Positions 15,945 to 25,327 of a DNA stretch of 49,219 nt are shown here, in pieces (within the stretch, counting starts at the first letter, position 1; the number at the start of each line of letters is the position of its first letter). The position numbers and the translations under genes were made by a program. This DNA is from Abditibacteriaceae bacterium. Its GTDB lineage: Bacteria > Armatimonadota > Abditibacteriia > Abditibacteriales > Abditibacteriaceae. The DNA is taken from NCBI GenBank assembly GCA_031425655.1, contig JANPJS010000259.1:1-49219 (forward strand), in the 5' to 3' direction. The notes beneath the pieces are model-generated. The model was not told the origin of the DNA, searched no databases, and was given only the letters and a program-made list of their open reading frames with translations.

Positions 15945-18381
15945 ATTTTGCGTCGTCTCCGCGTTTTTTGCGGAATGGTTCGCTGAGGACAATCGCGTCA
16001 ATCAGCGAGGAAAAACGATAATTTTTGGTTTTGGCCTGCTCGACGATAGCGTCAACGGTGCGTTTATCGGCAGTGGTTAGACCGCGCCCGATGGCATAAG
16101 TGAGCAATTTCTCGGCGAAACAACGCGCGAACACGTCTTTGCGTGCCTTTAAAATGGTTTTAAGCTGCACAGGCCCACTGAATTTGGTGCCGTCGGCTAA
16201 AGTGCCTGAAGTGTCCACGGCGAATTTGCCGTCCTTCGTGCGCCACGCGCCGGTCGCGTCGTAGTTTTCCAGACTGAAGCCGATGCCGTCCATGCGCGCG
16301 TGGCACGAAGCGCACGACGGGTTTTTGCGATGCTGCTCCAACTTTTGGCGCAGCGACAAGTTCGGATTCACCGTCGCGCCCGGCAAATCGGGCACGCCGG
16401 GCGGCGGAGGCGGCGGCGCAGCGTTCCAAAATTGTTCCAGCACCCATTTGCCGCGCTTGACCGGCGAAGTGCGCGTCGGGTTGCTCGTTAGTGTGAGGAT
16501 GCTGGCCTGCGTGACCAATCCGCCGCGTCGTTTGGCCGTTTCGCCCGAAAACGTCACGCGGCGCAGTTGCGGCCCGCTGATGTTCGGCACGCCGTAAAGT
16601 TTGGCCAGAGGCTCGTTGAGAAACGAATAATTGGCGTCTAAAAATTCGAGAATGCTGCGGTCTTCGCGCACTACGTTCCCAAAAAACGCGAGGGTTTCGG
16701 CTTTCATCGCGTCGCGCAAATCGTCGGTAAAAACCGGAAAGGCGTCCGGGTCGGGCGAAAGCTGATCGAGCATTCGCAAATGCAGCCATTGCGCGGCGAA
16801 GTTGTCGGTTAAGGCCTGCGAGCGCGCATCTTTGAGCATCAAATGCGCTTGGTGCAGCAGGTTTTGCGGCTTGCTCAAAGCGCCTTTGTCGCTCCACCAA
16901 TCCAGCTTTTCGTCGGGCGTTGAACTCCACAGAAAATAGGAAAGCCGCGTTGCCAACTCGTGATCGGTGAGAAAGCGGCTGGCTTTGGGATTGTTCGGCT
17001 CGGCATCCAATTCGACGCGAAAAAGGAAGTTCGGCGACACCAAAATCGCCTGCATCGCCAGTTGGATTCCGCGCTCGAACGGTTCTTTGTCTTTGCGCGC
17101 CATTTCGACGGCACGCAGTAAACGCTCTATCTCACTGGGTTGCGGCGGACGCCGCCAGGCACGGCGCGCCAGGCGCGTCACGATTTCGCGGGCGGCTTCG
17201 GTTAGCTGTTGCGGCGTGGCATCCGGCGCCGGCTCGCGGAAGATGATTTTCTTGTGCGAAGGCGATAATTCGCGCGCGATATTCAGCGGCCCGACGACTT
17301 CGATCCAATCAACCGCCAAATTGCGGTCGCGCCGGCCTTCGGGCAGTTTTTCGTCGTAGAAATCGTTGATAAAACCCGCCGCAACGCGCGTTTTACCTGC
17401 TGCTGCGGTCACTTTTTCTTCATAAACCTGCGGCTTATCAGCCACCGCCGTCACGTCGAAAATCTTGATTTCTTTGTCGCCCACTTTCAATTTCATGCGC
17501 GCCGGCTCGCCGCCGGCTTGATGCGCCCACGCTTGCACGCGCACCAGATATTCGCCGTCCTGCGTGAAATTGTGCTGGGCAAACACTTCGGCGGTTGAGG
17601 ACATAAAACGCGAGCCGTCCTGAAGGCCCGCGCCTTCAAGCCGGTCGGTTTCATAATGCGCTTTGGCGCGAGACGGCACGCTGATAACTTTTTCGGAAAT
17701 CTGCTCGGCTGCGCTCAGATATTTTTCCATCAGCAGCGGCGAAATGGACAGCACGTCGCCGATGTTGTCGAAGCCCTCGCCCACGTCGTCGGACGGAAAA
17801 TCGGCGGCGGGATGAAAATCAAGGCCGAAAAGATCCCGAATCGTGGCATCGTATTCGGCTTTATTGAGGCGGCGCAGCGTAACGCGGCCCGGATCGAGAA
17901 TTTTGCCCTGCGCTTTGGAAAGCGCGCTTTCGCTCCACGCCACGAAATCGCGGCGCTGCTGCGCCGTTGGCTGCGGCGAACCGGGCGGCGGCATGGCCCC
18001 GTCGCCGACGTTTTGCGCTACGCGCTCCCACAGCGCGGCATCTTTGAAAACCGCATCCGGCGTGCGGAAATCCTTGAGCGAAACGCCGCCCTTCGCTTTG
18101 CCGATGTGGCACGAAGCGCAATATTTATCCACGAAAGGCAGCACGTCGCGCGTCCACAATTGCTCATGCGTGATTGGCTTGGTCGCCGGCTTGAGCGTTG
18201 GTTTCGCGGTAGGTTTTGCGGTTGAATTTTGCGTGGGATGGGCGCTTTTCGGTGAGGTCTGAATCGGCACGAACTTTTGCGGCGGCGCGGACGAGGCGCG
18301 CCACGCTCCGCCGCCGGCCAGCAATAAACTGGCGGCGCAAAGTGCGCGAGGCTGCGCGTGAGCAAAACGGCGATGAGTCAT
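15943..18381 (-). CDS. Planctomycete-type cytochrome c protein with DUF1587/1595/1592/1588/1585 domains
   Basis: Two CASCH heme motifs; RRLNKAEY, GFDNIG, SPNFLFR, LSYFLWSSTPD and TSPVKRGKW. Confidence 0.92.
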   Translation of the reverse strand: MTHRRFAHAQPRALCAASLLLAGGGAWRASSAPPQKFVPIQTSPKSAHPTQNSTAKPTAKPTLKPATKPITHEQLWTRDVLPFVDKYCASCHIGKAKGGVSLKDFRTPDAVFKDAALWERVAQNVGDGAMPPPGSPQPTAQQRRDFVAWSESALSKAQGKILDPGRVTLRRLNKAEYDATIRDLFGLDFHPAADFPSDDVGEGFDNIGDVLSISPLLMEKYLSAAEQISEKVISVPSRAKAHYETDRLEGAGLQDGSRFMSSTAEVFAQHNFTQDGEYLVRVQAWAHQAGGEPARMKLKVGDKEIKIFDVTAVADKPQVYEEKVTAAAGKTRVAAGFINDFYDEKLPEGRRDRNLAVDWIEVVGPLNIARELSPSHKKIIFREPAPDATPQQLTEAAREIVTRLARRAWRRPPQPSEIERLLRAVEMARKDKEPFERGIQLAMQAILVSPNFLFRVELDAEPNNPKASRFLTDHELATRLSYFLWSSTPDEKLDWWSDKGALSKPQNLLHQAHLMLKDARSQALTDNFAAQWLHLRMLDQLSPDPDAFPVFTDDLRDAMKAETLAFFGNVVREDRSILEFLDANYSFLNEPLAKLYGVPNISGPQLRRVTFSGETAKRRGGLVTQASILTLTSNPTRTSPVKRGKWVLEQFWNAAPPPPPPGVPDLPGATVNPNLSLRQKLEQHRKNPSCASCHARMDGIGFSLENYDATGAWRTKDGKFAVDTSGTLADGTKFSGPVQLKTILKARKDVFARCFAEKLLTYAIGRGLTTADKRTVDAIVEQAKTKNYRFSSLIDAIVLSEPFRKKRGDDAK

Positions 18382-18602
18382 AAAAGAGCGTTTTTGACAG
18401 CTTGACAGCGGCGCGGTTGCCGCTATTTACGGCCTTGACGCGCTATAAGAACACCATTGCTGCACGCCGCGAATATGATCGGCGATGAAATCGGCGTTAA
18501 TGGCGCGATTTAAAATCGCTATGTCGTCGAAGATTACGCCTTGCCCCAAAGTCAAAGTTTTGAGTCCGTCGGCAAGATTCTATTCGCATCCGCGTGTTAA
18601 GT

Positions 18603-18836
18603 ATTCATGTTACGCAGTAGATTATGGTAGGCGCTGCAAAGAGCCGCTACGCGGCTCGTGGAAACCCCCAACCCCCTTGGTAAGGGGGCTAAACCATGAC
18701 GCTTCTTCACAAGAATCACGTTATTCTTAGCCAAAAGCGTAAGAACATAGCCCCCTTACCAAGGGGGTTGGGGGTTTCCACGAGCGGCAAAGCCGCTCTT
18801 TGCAGCGCCTACCATAATCTACTGCGTAAGGTGAAT
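18603..18836. mobile_element. MITE-like element with ~85-bp inverted arms carrying ccccctt..aaggggg hairpins
   Basis: 18603-18691 and 18748-18836 are near-perfect inverted repeats; the termini attca..ttacgc are shared with the element at 23509-23913. Confidence 0.7.
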
Positions 18837-18842
18837 TATCTA

Positions 18843-20729
18843 TTAATCGAAGCGAATTTCCAGAGTTCGGCCTTGATGCGCTAATTTCGCGGGCACGGTT
18901 TTGGTTTTGCCGCCTGCCGTAGCGGTGATTTCGTAATCGCCTAAAAAGCCGCGAGTTTTGTATTGGCCGGCTGCGCTCGTCGTGCCCTGCGCGTTTGTCC
19001 ACCATTGATTGAAGACCAAATCCATCCACGCTTTGCCCGACGGTTTCAGGCTCCAATCTTTGCGGAAAAGCGGCGCGTTGTTTTTCCAATGCAGCCCGTC
19101 CCAAAAGCCCCACATAATGATGCCCTCCACGCTTGGATGCGAGAAAACCGCAATCGTGTAATCGCGCAGATAATCGCCGATTAGAGCCTCGTCGGGCGCT
19201 TCCATATCGAGTTCGGTGATGAGAATCGGCAGCTTGAATAGCCCTAATCTGTCGAGGATTTGCAGCAGGCGTTCGGGCGCGACCGTATTGCCGCCCATGT
19301 GGCTTTGCTCGCCGATGCCTTCGACCGGCGCGCCTTTGTCGAGCAAGAATTGAATCGTCTTGTAATAGTGCTCCTGATGCGCCGTGTCGTCGCGCAAAAT
19401 GCCGTAATCGTTGATGTAATGCTTGGCATCGGGATCGGCGGCTTTGGCGATTTTGAACCACTCGACCATCACTTCATCGCCCAGAATATCTTGCAGCGCG
19501 TGGTTGGTGTAAGGCTCGTTCATCACGTCCCAATCGGTGACTTTGCCTTTGAAAAACGTGGCTTGCTCGCGGATATGATCGGTCACGCGCTGGCGCAGCC
19601 ACGCTTTGGCGGCGGTTTCGCCGTCTTTGGCTTTAAGGGCTTCATAATTGGCGCGCAGGCCGTTGGGCGCTTTGGCTAAATCGGTTTCCTCGCGTCCGGG
19701 CAGGTAGCTCCAGCCGGGCCAGATGAGGTTGTGGCCGCGCATCGGAATGTTGTTTCGCTTTAGCCATTCGATGACTTTCACCGACTGCTCGCGGTTTTTG
19801 GGATTGTCGAAGCCGGGCCATTTCATCGCGTTTTCTTCAACGGCGCGGTTGAACAATTTGACGAACTGCTCGCGGTATTTCTGGTTGTCGGGCGTGCCTT
19901 CCTTGTCCCAGAAATACCCGCTGTTGATGGCCGAACCCCACACGAAAGCGTGGCGTTTCATGCGAACTTGGACGTTCGCAGCTTCGATTGGCCGGCCATC
20001 GGCATTGGTGACATTGATCGTCAAATCGCCTTTGCGATGCTGCTCAATGCGCTCGGCGGCGGCCTTGCGCCACGGCGCGTCCGGCTCCAGGCCTTTGTAA
20101 AAGTGGCGCGTGCGCGGCAAGTCGGCCAACTTCACGGTTTGACCGTAATTAATCAGGCTTAATCCGCCAAACTCGATGGTTTGCGGCTTGAAACCCAAAT
20201 GCAAATTGACGCGCGCCGCGCCTGCTGCATAATTTTCTCTGGCCGCGAAGGGAAGTTGAAATTTCTGCCACTGACCGCCAACCGTAAGCGGCGTGGCAAT
20301 GGATTTGTCGTAAGGCGCCTTCGCTTCTTCAAAAATAAAAGCGGTGCGAACTTCGCCGCTTTCTTCGCCCGACTGCACCGCGCGCGTCCAAAATGTCGCC
20401 AGCAACGCGTCGCCTTTTTGCACCGGCGCGATGGTTGGCGCGTTCAACTGAATGGAATAAGGCGTGCCCGGCAAGCGCAGCGTGCGCGCCCGCAACGCGC
20501 GGTTGAGCGCCGGATTTTCGACGTTGATCGTCTCAATCTGCGCATCCTCGCCCGGTTTGCCGGTCAATCTGAACGCGCCGAGGGCATCTTCGGGCAATAA
20601 AGCCACGCCGGGCGGCAACGGCGTTGTGTTCGTGTCCTGAGCCAAAAGCGGCGCGGCTGCCAACATCGCCAATATCAATATCAACGGTGATTTTCTGATT
20701 ATTTTCTCTCTTTTTACAGCGGTGTTCAT
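18843..20729 (-). CDS. GH10 endo-1,4-beta-xylanase with an N-terminal carbohydrate-binding-like domain
   Basis: EENAMKW, RGHNLIW, WDVMNE (acid/base) and ITELD (nucleophile); signal peptide; ATGA overlap with the upstream gene. Confidence 0.92.
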   Translation of the reverse strand: MNTAVKREKIIRKSPLILILAMLAAAPLLAQDTNTTPLPPGVALLPEDALGAFRLTGKPGEDAQIETINVENPALNRALRARTLRLPGTPYSIQLNAPTIAPVQKGDALLATFWTRAVQSGEESGEVRTAFIFEEAKAPYDKSIATPLTVGGQWQKFQLPFAARENYAAGAARVNLHLGFKPQTIEFGGLSLINYGQTVKLADLPRTRHFYKGLEPDAPWRKAAAERIEQHRKGDLTINVTNADGRPIEAANVQVRMKRHAFVWGSAINSGYFWDKEGTPDNQKYREQFVKLFNRAVEENAMKWPGFDNPKNREQSVKVIEWLKRNNIPMRGHNLIWPGWSYLPGREETDLAKAPNGLRANYEALKAKDGETAAKAWLRQRVTDHIREQATFFKGKVTDWDVMNEPYTNHALQDILGDEVMVEWFKIAKAADPDAKHYINDYGILRDDTAHQEHYYKTIQFLLDKGAPVEGIGEQSHMGGNTVAPERLLQILDRLGLFKLPILITELDMEAPDEALIGDYLRDYTIAVFSHPSVEGIIMWGFWDGLHWKNNAPLFRKDWSLKPSGKAWMDLVFNQWWTNAQGTTSAAGQYKTRGFLGDYEITATAGGKTKTVPAKLAHQGRTLEIRFD

Positions 20730-22483
20730 CGCATTTGTGTCCCGGCGCGCCAATTCGAGACCGCTTCCGAATTCAACAAAAAGCGATTATAAACGCGCAG
20801 AATTTCGATCTGCCCGCGCAAATTCGGCGCGATTTGGGCGCGCTCTGCGCCATTCACATCGCCTAAATATGGATTGAATCGGCCCCAGCCGAATTGTCGC
20901 TGTGTGCCGCCATCGCACAGCACGCCATCAATGACAAAACTGATGATTTTCGGCCCGCCGTCAACACTGACAACGACGTGATGCCGCAGGCCAGCCTGCA
21001 AAACGCCCGTGTCGCAATCCCAACTCGCTTGGCTGCGCCCATCGCTCAGCAAGATTTGTAGTGTGCCGCGCTCGGTTGTTGTCAAAGCGATGCCGCAGCC
21101 ATCGGCGCGCCGCGAGTCGAGCAGAATTTGGCCGGATGCCAAAGCTTCGAGGCGCAGCCAAAACTCGATGGAAAAGCCACCGCCCTGAGACAAAATCGGC
21201 AAACGTGGCAGCGCGTGTTCGCCTTTTGCATCCGCTAATTGCAACGATAGGCCCTTTTTCGCTACTTCTCGCGCCGAAAACTGATTCCACACCGCTTCGA
21301 GCAAATGTGTATCAAGTTCGTGAACGCGCGCGATGGTTTTTTGCGTTTCGGTCATCCAGAATTTGCCGTTTTGCTCGACCAAATCGGGATAGCTCACGCG
21401 AATATTGGGGTCAGCGTCGTAAAGCAGAACTTCGGGCTGCGACCAGCGCAAAAGTTTGCCGGTCGGGACATCTATTTCCTCGCCGCCACAAATCCAAGCC
21501 GGATTGCGATCCGGGTAACCCCGCCCGCCGTGGTTGTGAAACCAGTATAAATATTTCCCGTTGGAGCAGCGCCACACGAAATTCGCGGCGCGTGAATGCT
21601 TGATTTTGCGCCCATTTGGTTCGTAAATCATGTATTCCGGCGCCGTCCAATTATGGCCGTCGTCGTGTGAATAAGCGTGGCACGAATGGCCGTCCGTCGT
21701 GCGATAAGTGCAAAACAGCGAGTCGTCACTGAGCGCGACGAGTTTGTGTTCGTCGGCGACCGGGCCGGCAGGTGCGCGCAGGCCAATTTCACCATCAGGC
21801 AGTGTTTGCCAGATGATTTTTTCGGCGTCGCGTTCGGTGAGAATGTTTTCGCTGCGCAGAAAAACGCCTTCGCTGCGCTCCATGAAGCCTTCGCCAAAAC
21901 GCCCGACTTTGTGCAGCGAAACGTAGCCCGCGCCGTTGTGAATCAGCGGCTTACCGACGTGCCAGAAAAATCGCACCTCGCCGTTATAAGGATTTTTACG
22001 GTCAATCTCGAACTCGCGCACCGGAATTCGATAACGCTTGGCCGACCAGCTTTGTCCGCCGTCGTCCGAGTATTTGAAGACGAAATAACCCAGCGTATCC
22101 ACGCGCCGCCGCGCGTAGTCCGTGCTGGCGATTACTTCGCGCAGGTTGTCCGAGTTGTGATTATAAAAAGCGTAAATGCGGCCCGAAGGCACCTTCAACA
22201 GCGTGGCGTAAGACGATTCCGGCGGCCCGCTCGGCTCGATGTCAATCAGCGCCGACCATGTTTGGCCTTGATCGAAGCTGCGCGTTGCCACGACGTGTTG
22301 GCTGGAAGTGCCTTCGTGGCCGCGCGCCGTCGTCATGACGCACAGCCACGCGCCATCATTGGTTCGCACGATATAAGGCTGATCGCAGTAATCCTCGCAG
22401 GGAATCGGCGTGCCGCTGATGATGTTGCGTTTGTCATTGAGGGCGCCTTTCATAGCCCAGATTATATCCTGCTTCCACGCCAT
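20726..22483 (-). CDS. BNR/Asp-box sialidase-like beta-propeller with a C-terminal LamG domain
   Basis: Asp-boxes SFDQGQTW, SDDGGQSW and SHDDGHNW; FSIEFW...HHVVVSVD LamG; start may be 22453. Confidence 0.85.
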   Translation of the reverse strand: MAWKQDIIWAMKGALNDKRNIISGTPIPCEDYCDQPYIVRTNDGAWLCVMTTARGHEGTSSQHVVATRSFDQGQTWSALIDIEPSGPPESSYATLLKVPSGRIYAFYNHNSDNLREVIASTDYARRRVDTLGYFVFKYSDDGGQSWSAKRYRIPVREFEIDRKNPYNGEVRFFWHVGKPLIHNGAGYVSLHKVGRFGEGFMERSEGVFLRSENILTERDAEKIIWQTLPDGEIGLRAPAGPVADEHKLVALSDDSLFCTYRTTDGHSCHAYSHDDGHNWTAPEYMIYEPNGRKIKHSRAANFVWRCSNGKYLYWFHNHGGRGYPDRNPAWICGGEEIDVPTGKLLRWSQPEVLLYDADPNIRVSYPDLVEQNGKFWMTETQKTIARVHELDTHLLEAVWNQFSAREVAKKGLSLQLADAKGEHALPRLPILSQGGGFSIEFWLRLEALASGQILLDSRRADGCGIALTTTERGTLQILLSDGRSQASWDCDTGVLQAGLRHHVVVSVDGGPKIISFVIDGVLCDGGTQRQFGWGRFNPYLGDVNGAERAQIAPNLRGQIEILRVYNRFLLNSEAVSNWRAGTQMR

Positions 22484-22539
22484 AAGTCGGCAGTTTTGTT
22501 GGATTTTTCGAGTAATCGCGGAGGCATCAACCGTGCCGT

Positions 22540-22644
22540 CTACGGGCTGACTTCAAACGCCGTCGCCTTCTTATTCCAGTGACCCAGATTATCGCGCACC
22601 ACAGCCCGCAGATAATAGCTGCCCGGCGCTAAGCTGGGCAGCAT
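22540..22644 (-). pseudogene. Orphan C-terminal fragment of an Ig-like secreted protein
   Basis: Reads LPSLAPGSYYLRAVVRDNLGHWNKKATAFEVSP*, typical of terminal Ig-like strands; no full-length gene is attached. Confidence 0.4.
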
Positions 22645-22785
22645 AGACCGGGCGCACCGCTGCTCCTAACTCGCAGACTCAGCCACGCTCAGGCCCACCA
22701 AGCGACCAAATTGACGCGGACGGCTTTGTAACTTCTTGAGGTTCAGTATTTTTCTCAGTCTATTCGCTTATTACGCATTGCCTTC

Positions 22786-23490
22786 TCAGTTTGGCGGTGC
22801 AATGCTCAGGCGAAATTCTTCCCAGAGCGCCGGTAAATCCTTACCGGTCAGTTCTTTGAATAGCTCATCTTTGTAGGTGCGGGCGCGCATCGCGGCGTGC
22901 AGTTTGGGAATTAGGCGCGCGTCATATTTGCCTTCGATCCAAATCAAAAACGCGGCGGTTGTTTTATAGGCGTCGGTATATTTGGCTTTTTCAAAGTTGA
23001 TGCGCGGCAGGGCGATGAGCGGCTCGAAGTGCTTGGAGCGCACATAGTCGGCCATACCTTCGACCAGCCAGCCGGGATTCCCGCCTTGGTATCGCTGCAC
23101 TAAATGGACTAATTCGTGTGCCACCATGCCCATATCATCGTAATGCGCTTTGACGTAGGGCACCGCGATATGCATGGTATTTCCGGCGACGTGTGCCACG
23201 CCTTTCATGTCTTTCTCGAAGATGATTTTTACGACCGGCGGCAGCGGACGCACGTTATCGTCGCTTTCTAAAATTTGCACGATGCGGCCATACCACTGCT
23301 GGCAAAGCGCTTCGGCGGCGCGGCCCCACGGCTGCAATTCGGGCGATTGTGAAACGTCGGCTTCAAAGCGCGGCGCGTTGATGACCAGAGTTTTGGCCGG
23401 TGCATCAAGTGGAGTTGGCGGCGCGTCGGCGGCGCGTGCGGGGTGCATCGTAATCAACGGCAGAAGCAGGGCGAGATGGCGGATTTTCAT
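22786..23490 (-). CDS. Basic secretory protein (BSP) family metallopeptidase
   Basis: Signal peptide; HELVH..Q and PGWLVEGMADYVR motifs. Confidence 0.88.
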   Translation of the reverse strand: MKIRHLALLLPLITMHPARAADAPPTPLDAPAKTLVINAPRFEADVSQSPELQPWGRAAEALCQQWYGRIVQILESDDNVRPLPPVVKIIFEKDMKGVAHVAGNTMHIAVPYVKAHYDDMGMVAHELVHLVQRYQGGNPGWLVEGMADYVRSKHFEPLIALPRINFEKAKYTDAYKTTAAFLIWIEGKYDARLIPKLHAAMRARTYKDELFKELTGKDLPALWEEFRLSIAPPN

Positions 23491-23547
23491 GGCATCCGAG
23501 TTTACCTAACTCTTGTTACGCGGTTGGGTTGCGGTAAGGGCCACCTG

Positions 23548-23731
23548 CAGGGCAATCGCATGAGGATTTTTCGGTGTTTCCCAGAATGGCCCGGCGAATA
23601 AATTCGCGGCAATAACTCGGCAAAGTCCACCTTCGTGGACTCTTTTCTGAGTTTTTAGTCGCCGCTGGGCGACTTTGCCGAGTTGTTGCCGCGAATTTAT
23701 TCGCCGGGCATGTTCTCATGCGATTGCCCTG
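23548..23731. mobile_element. ISAs1-family MITE, 184 bp
   Basis: Perfect 17-bp TIR cagggcaatcgcatgag / ctcatgcgattgccctg; perfect 10-bp TSD gggccacctg at 23538-23547 and 23732-23741. Confidence 0.88.
23589..23709. repeat. REP-like branched palindrome carried as cargo by the ISAs1 MITE
   Basis: gcccggcgaataaattcgcggcaa / ttgccgcgaatttattcgccgggc; same family as 5879-5992. Confidence 0.88.
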
Positions 23732-23734
23732 GGG

Positions 23735-23878
23735 CCACCTGGCGATAAATCGCCGGGCTGAAAGACCAAGCCTCTTCGAGGCTCACCCAAACACTGTTCC
23801 TACAGCCGCGCAGCACAGCTCCGCCCCACAACCCCGCAGGGGCTTTGTGTTTCAGCCCAGCGATTTATCGCCAGCTGG
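23735..23878. repeat. REP-like branched palindrome; target of the ISAs1 MITE
   Basis: ctggcgataaatcgccgggctgaaa / tttcagcccagcgatttatcgccag with internal hairpins. Confidence 0.85.
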
Positions 23879-23920
23879 CAGGCTTCACCGTTACTTCACC
23901 GCGTAACATGAATACCTAAC

Positions 23921-23955
23921 ACAAAAGCGAGCGGAATAAATTCGCTCGCTTTTGT
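23921..23955 (-). terminator. Intrinsic terminator of the ECF sigma gene
   Basis: acaaaagcgagcg / cgctcgcttttgt stem 25 nt after the stop codon. Confidence 0.75.
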
Positions 23956-23980
23956 TGGACGTTACTTTATGATGTTGCTG

Positions 23981-24853
23981 TTATGGCGTTAAATAGCCGC
24001 GCAATTTGCGGTGCAACTGGTCGCGTCCGCGCGCGAGACGGCTTTTAACGGTGCCGGTCGGCACGCTGAGAATGCGCGCGATGTCGTTGACTTCCATGCC
24101 TTGAAAATGGTGCATGACGATGACCGCTTTATGGTCTTGAGACAGCGTTTGCACGGCTTCGCGCACGCGGCGCTGCAATTCTTCCGTAGTGAGAGTTTCT
24201 TCGGGCAGGCGTCCGGTTTGGCCCAAGTCGGGGAATTCCATCGGCTCGGCATCGCCTTCGTCGGAAAGGCGCGGCGTATCCATGCTTTGAAAGCGCACGC
24301 GCTTTTTGCGACGCGCACGGTCGCGGCATAAGTTGAGCGCGATGCGATAAAGATAGGTTGAAAACGCTTCGTCGGCGCGCAAAGTCGGCAGCGCGTCGTG
24401 CAAGCGCATGAATACGTCCTGCGTCACATCCTGGGCGTCGTCGTGGTCGCTCAGCATTCCATAAACCGCGTTGTAAATGCGGCGGTGATAAAGCTGATAG
24501 ATTTCTTCAAAGGCTTTTTTATCGCCTTCTTTGGCGCGCTGGAGAATGGCTAAAAACGCCGCTTTGGCTTCATTAACCGGCGGAGGCGGCAGCTTTTCCA
24601 ATTCCTCGTCGCTGATTTCGGCTTCGCTGCCGCTTGCGCCGGCTTCGACGATTTCGCTCTGTGAATCGCTTACGGCCCCGGCAACCGCGTCTTCGCTTTC
24701 GGTCGGAACGGATTCGCTTTCCGTGATGCCGGCCTGAGTGCGCGTTTCGTCGTCGGCAAGTGCAGAGGTCGAGGCGCGCACGCCGGTGCCACGCGTGTTG
24801 CGATCATTGTGGGCGAAGCCGGGCTTCAGAGTGGGATTGGCGGAAATGGCCAT
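23981..24853 (-). CDS. ECF RNA polymerase sigma-70 factor with an acidic N-terminal extension
   Basis: DAQDVTQDVF and FSTYLYRIALN (region 2); IARILSVPTGTVKSRLARGR (region 4). Confidence 0.93.
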   Translation of the reverse strand: MAISANPTLKPGFAHNDRNTRGTGVRASTSALADDETRTQAGITESESVPTESEDAVAGAVSDSQSEIVEAGASGSEAEISDEELEKLPPPPVNEAKAAFLAILQRAKEGDKKAFEEIYQLYHRRIYNAVYGMLSDHDDAQDVTQDVFMRLHDALPTLRADEAFSTYLYRIALNLCRDRARRKKRVRFQSMDTPRLSDEGDAEPMEFPDLGQTGRLPEETLTTEELQRRVREAVQTLSQDHKAVIVMHHFQGMEVNDIARILSVPTGTVKSRLARGRDQLHRKLRGYLTP

Positions 24854-24877
24854 GTTAAAAGTCTCTAACGACGCAGG

Positions 24878-25129
24878 CTAACGCGCACCTTCCAAGTCGG
24901 AAAACGAGCGCTCAATCGCTTCGAGCTTGCGTTCGCAGTTGGCGATCAGGTGTTCGGCGCGTTCAAGGGGCGACATATTGAGCAAATTCAATGCGCTGGC
25001 GCGTTGGCGCCACAAATACGTGGAAACTGCGGCCCCGATCAGCACACCCGCCGCGATGCTGCCATAAAGCAGGGCGCTGCCATGCCCCACCGCGTCAGCG
25101 GAGGCCCCGTTATGGATGTCTCGTGTCAT
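24878..25129 (-). CDS. Small membrane protein (one TM plus coiled coil)
   Basis: 83 aa; GSIAAGVLIGAAVSTYLW helix; AAGGAAG RBS-like sequence upstream. Confidence 0.7.
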   Translation of the reverse strand: MTRDIHNGASADAVGHGSALLYGSIAAGVLIGAAVSTYLWRQRASALNLLNMSPLERAEHLIANCERKLEAIERSFSDLEGAR

Positions 25130-25327
25130 GCGTGCTTCCTTTTCCTTTCTGCCAGCGTTCAGCCGGTGTTTGCTGATTATGACCAATATCGCGGGAATTC
25201 GCGGCGCCCTTATCGCTGAAATCATGCCAAGAAACGCTGGTTAGATGACATAACGACATTACCGAATCGGAAAAAGCGGATTCCGGTGGAATCCGCCTGA
25301 GCGACAAAGAGCGCGTTCGCTCCTCGT

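Larger units (their letters stand above)
23509..23913. mobile_element. Outer MITE-like element hosting REP-like palindromes
   Basis: Termini actcttgttacgcggt / accgcgtaacatgaat; tacctaac repeated at 23503-23510 and 23913-23920. Confidence 0.6.

Noticed and set aside
18485..18884. Small ORFs containing YAVDYGRRCKE on both strands
   Set aside because: These are translations of the inverted-repeat arms, not genes.
21677..22582. 301-aa plus-strand ORF and similar long antisense ORFs (4383-5045, 45489-46598)
   Set aside because: These are shadows of well-supported genes on the opposite strand in GC-rich DNA and have no motifs of their own.
23516..23906. Small ORFs or a structured ncRNA in this spacer
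   Set aside because: The region is fully explained by nested MITE/REP-like elements, although transcription cannot be excluded.
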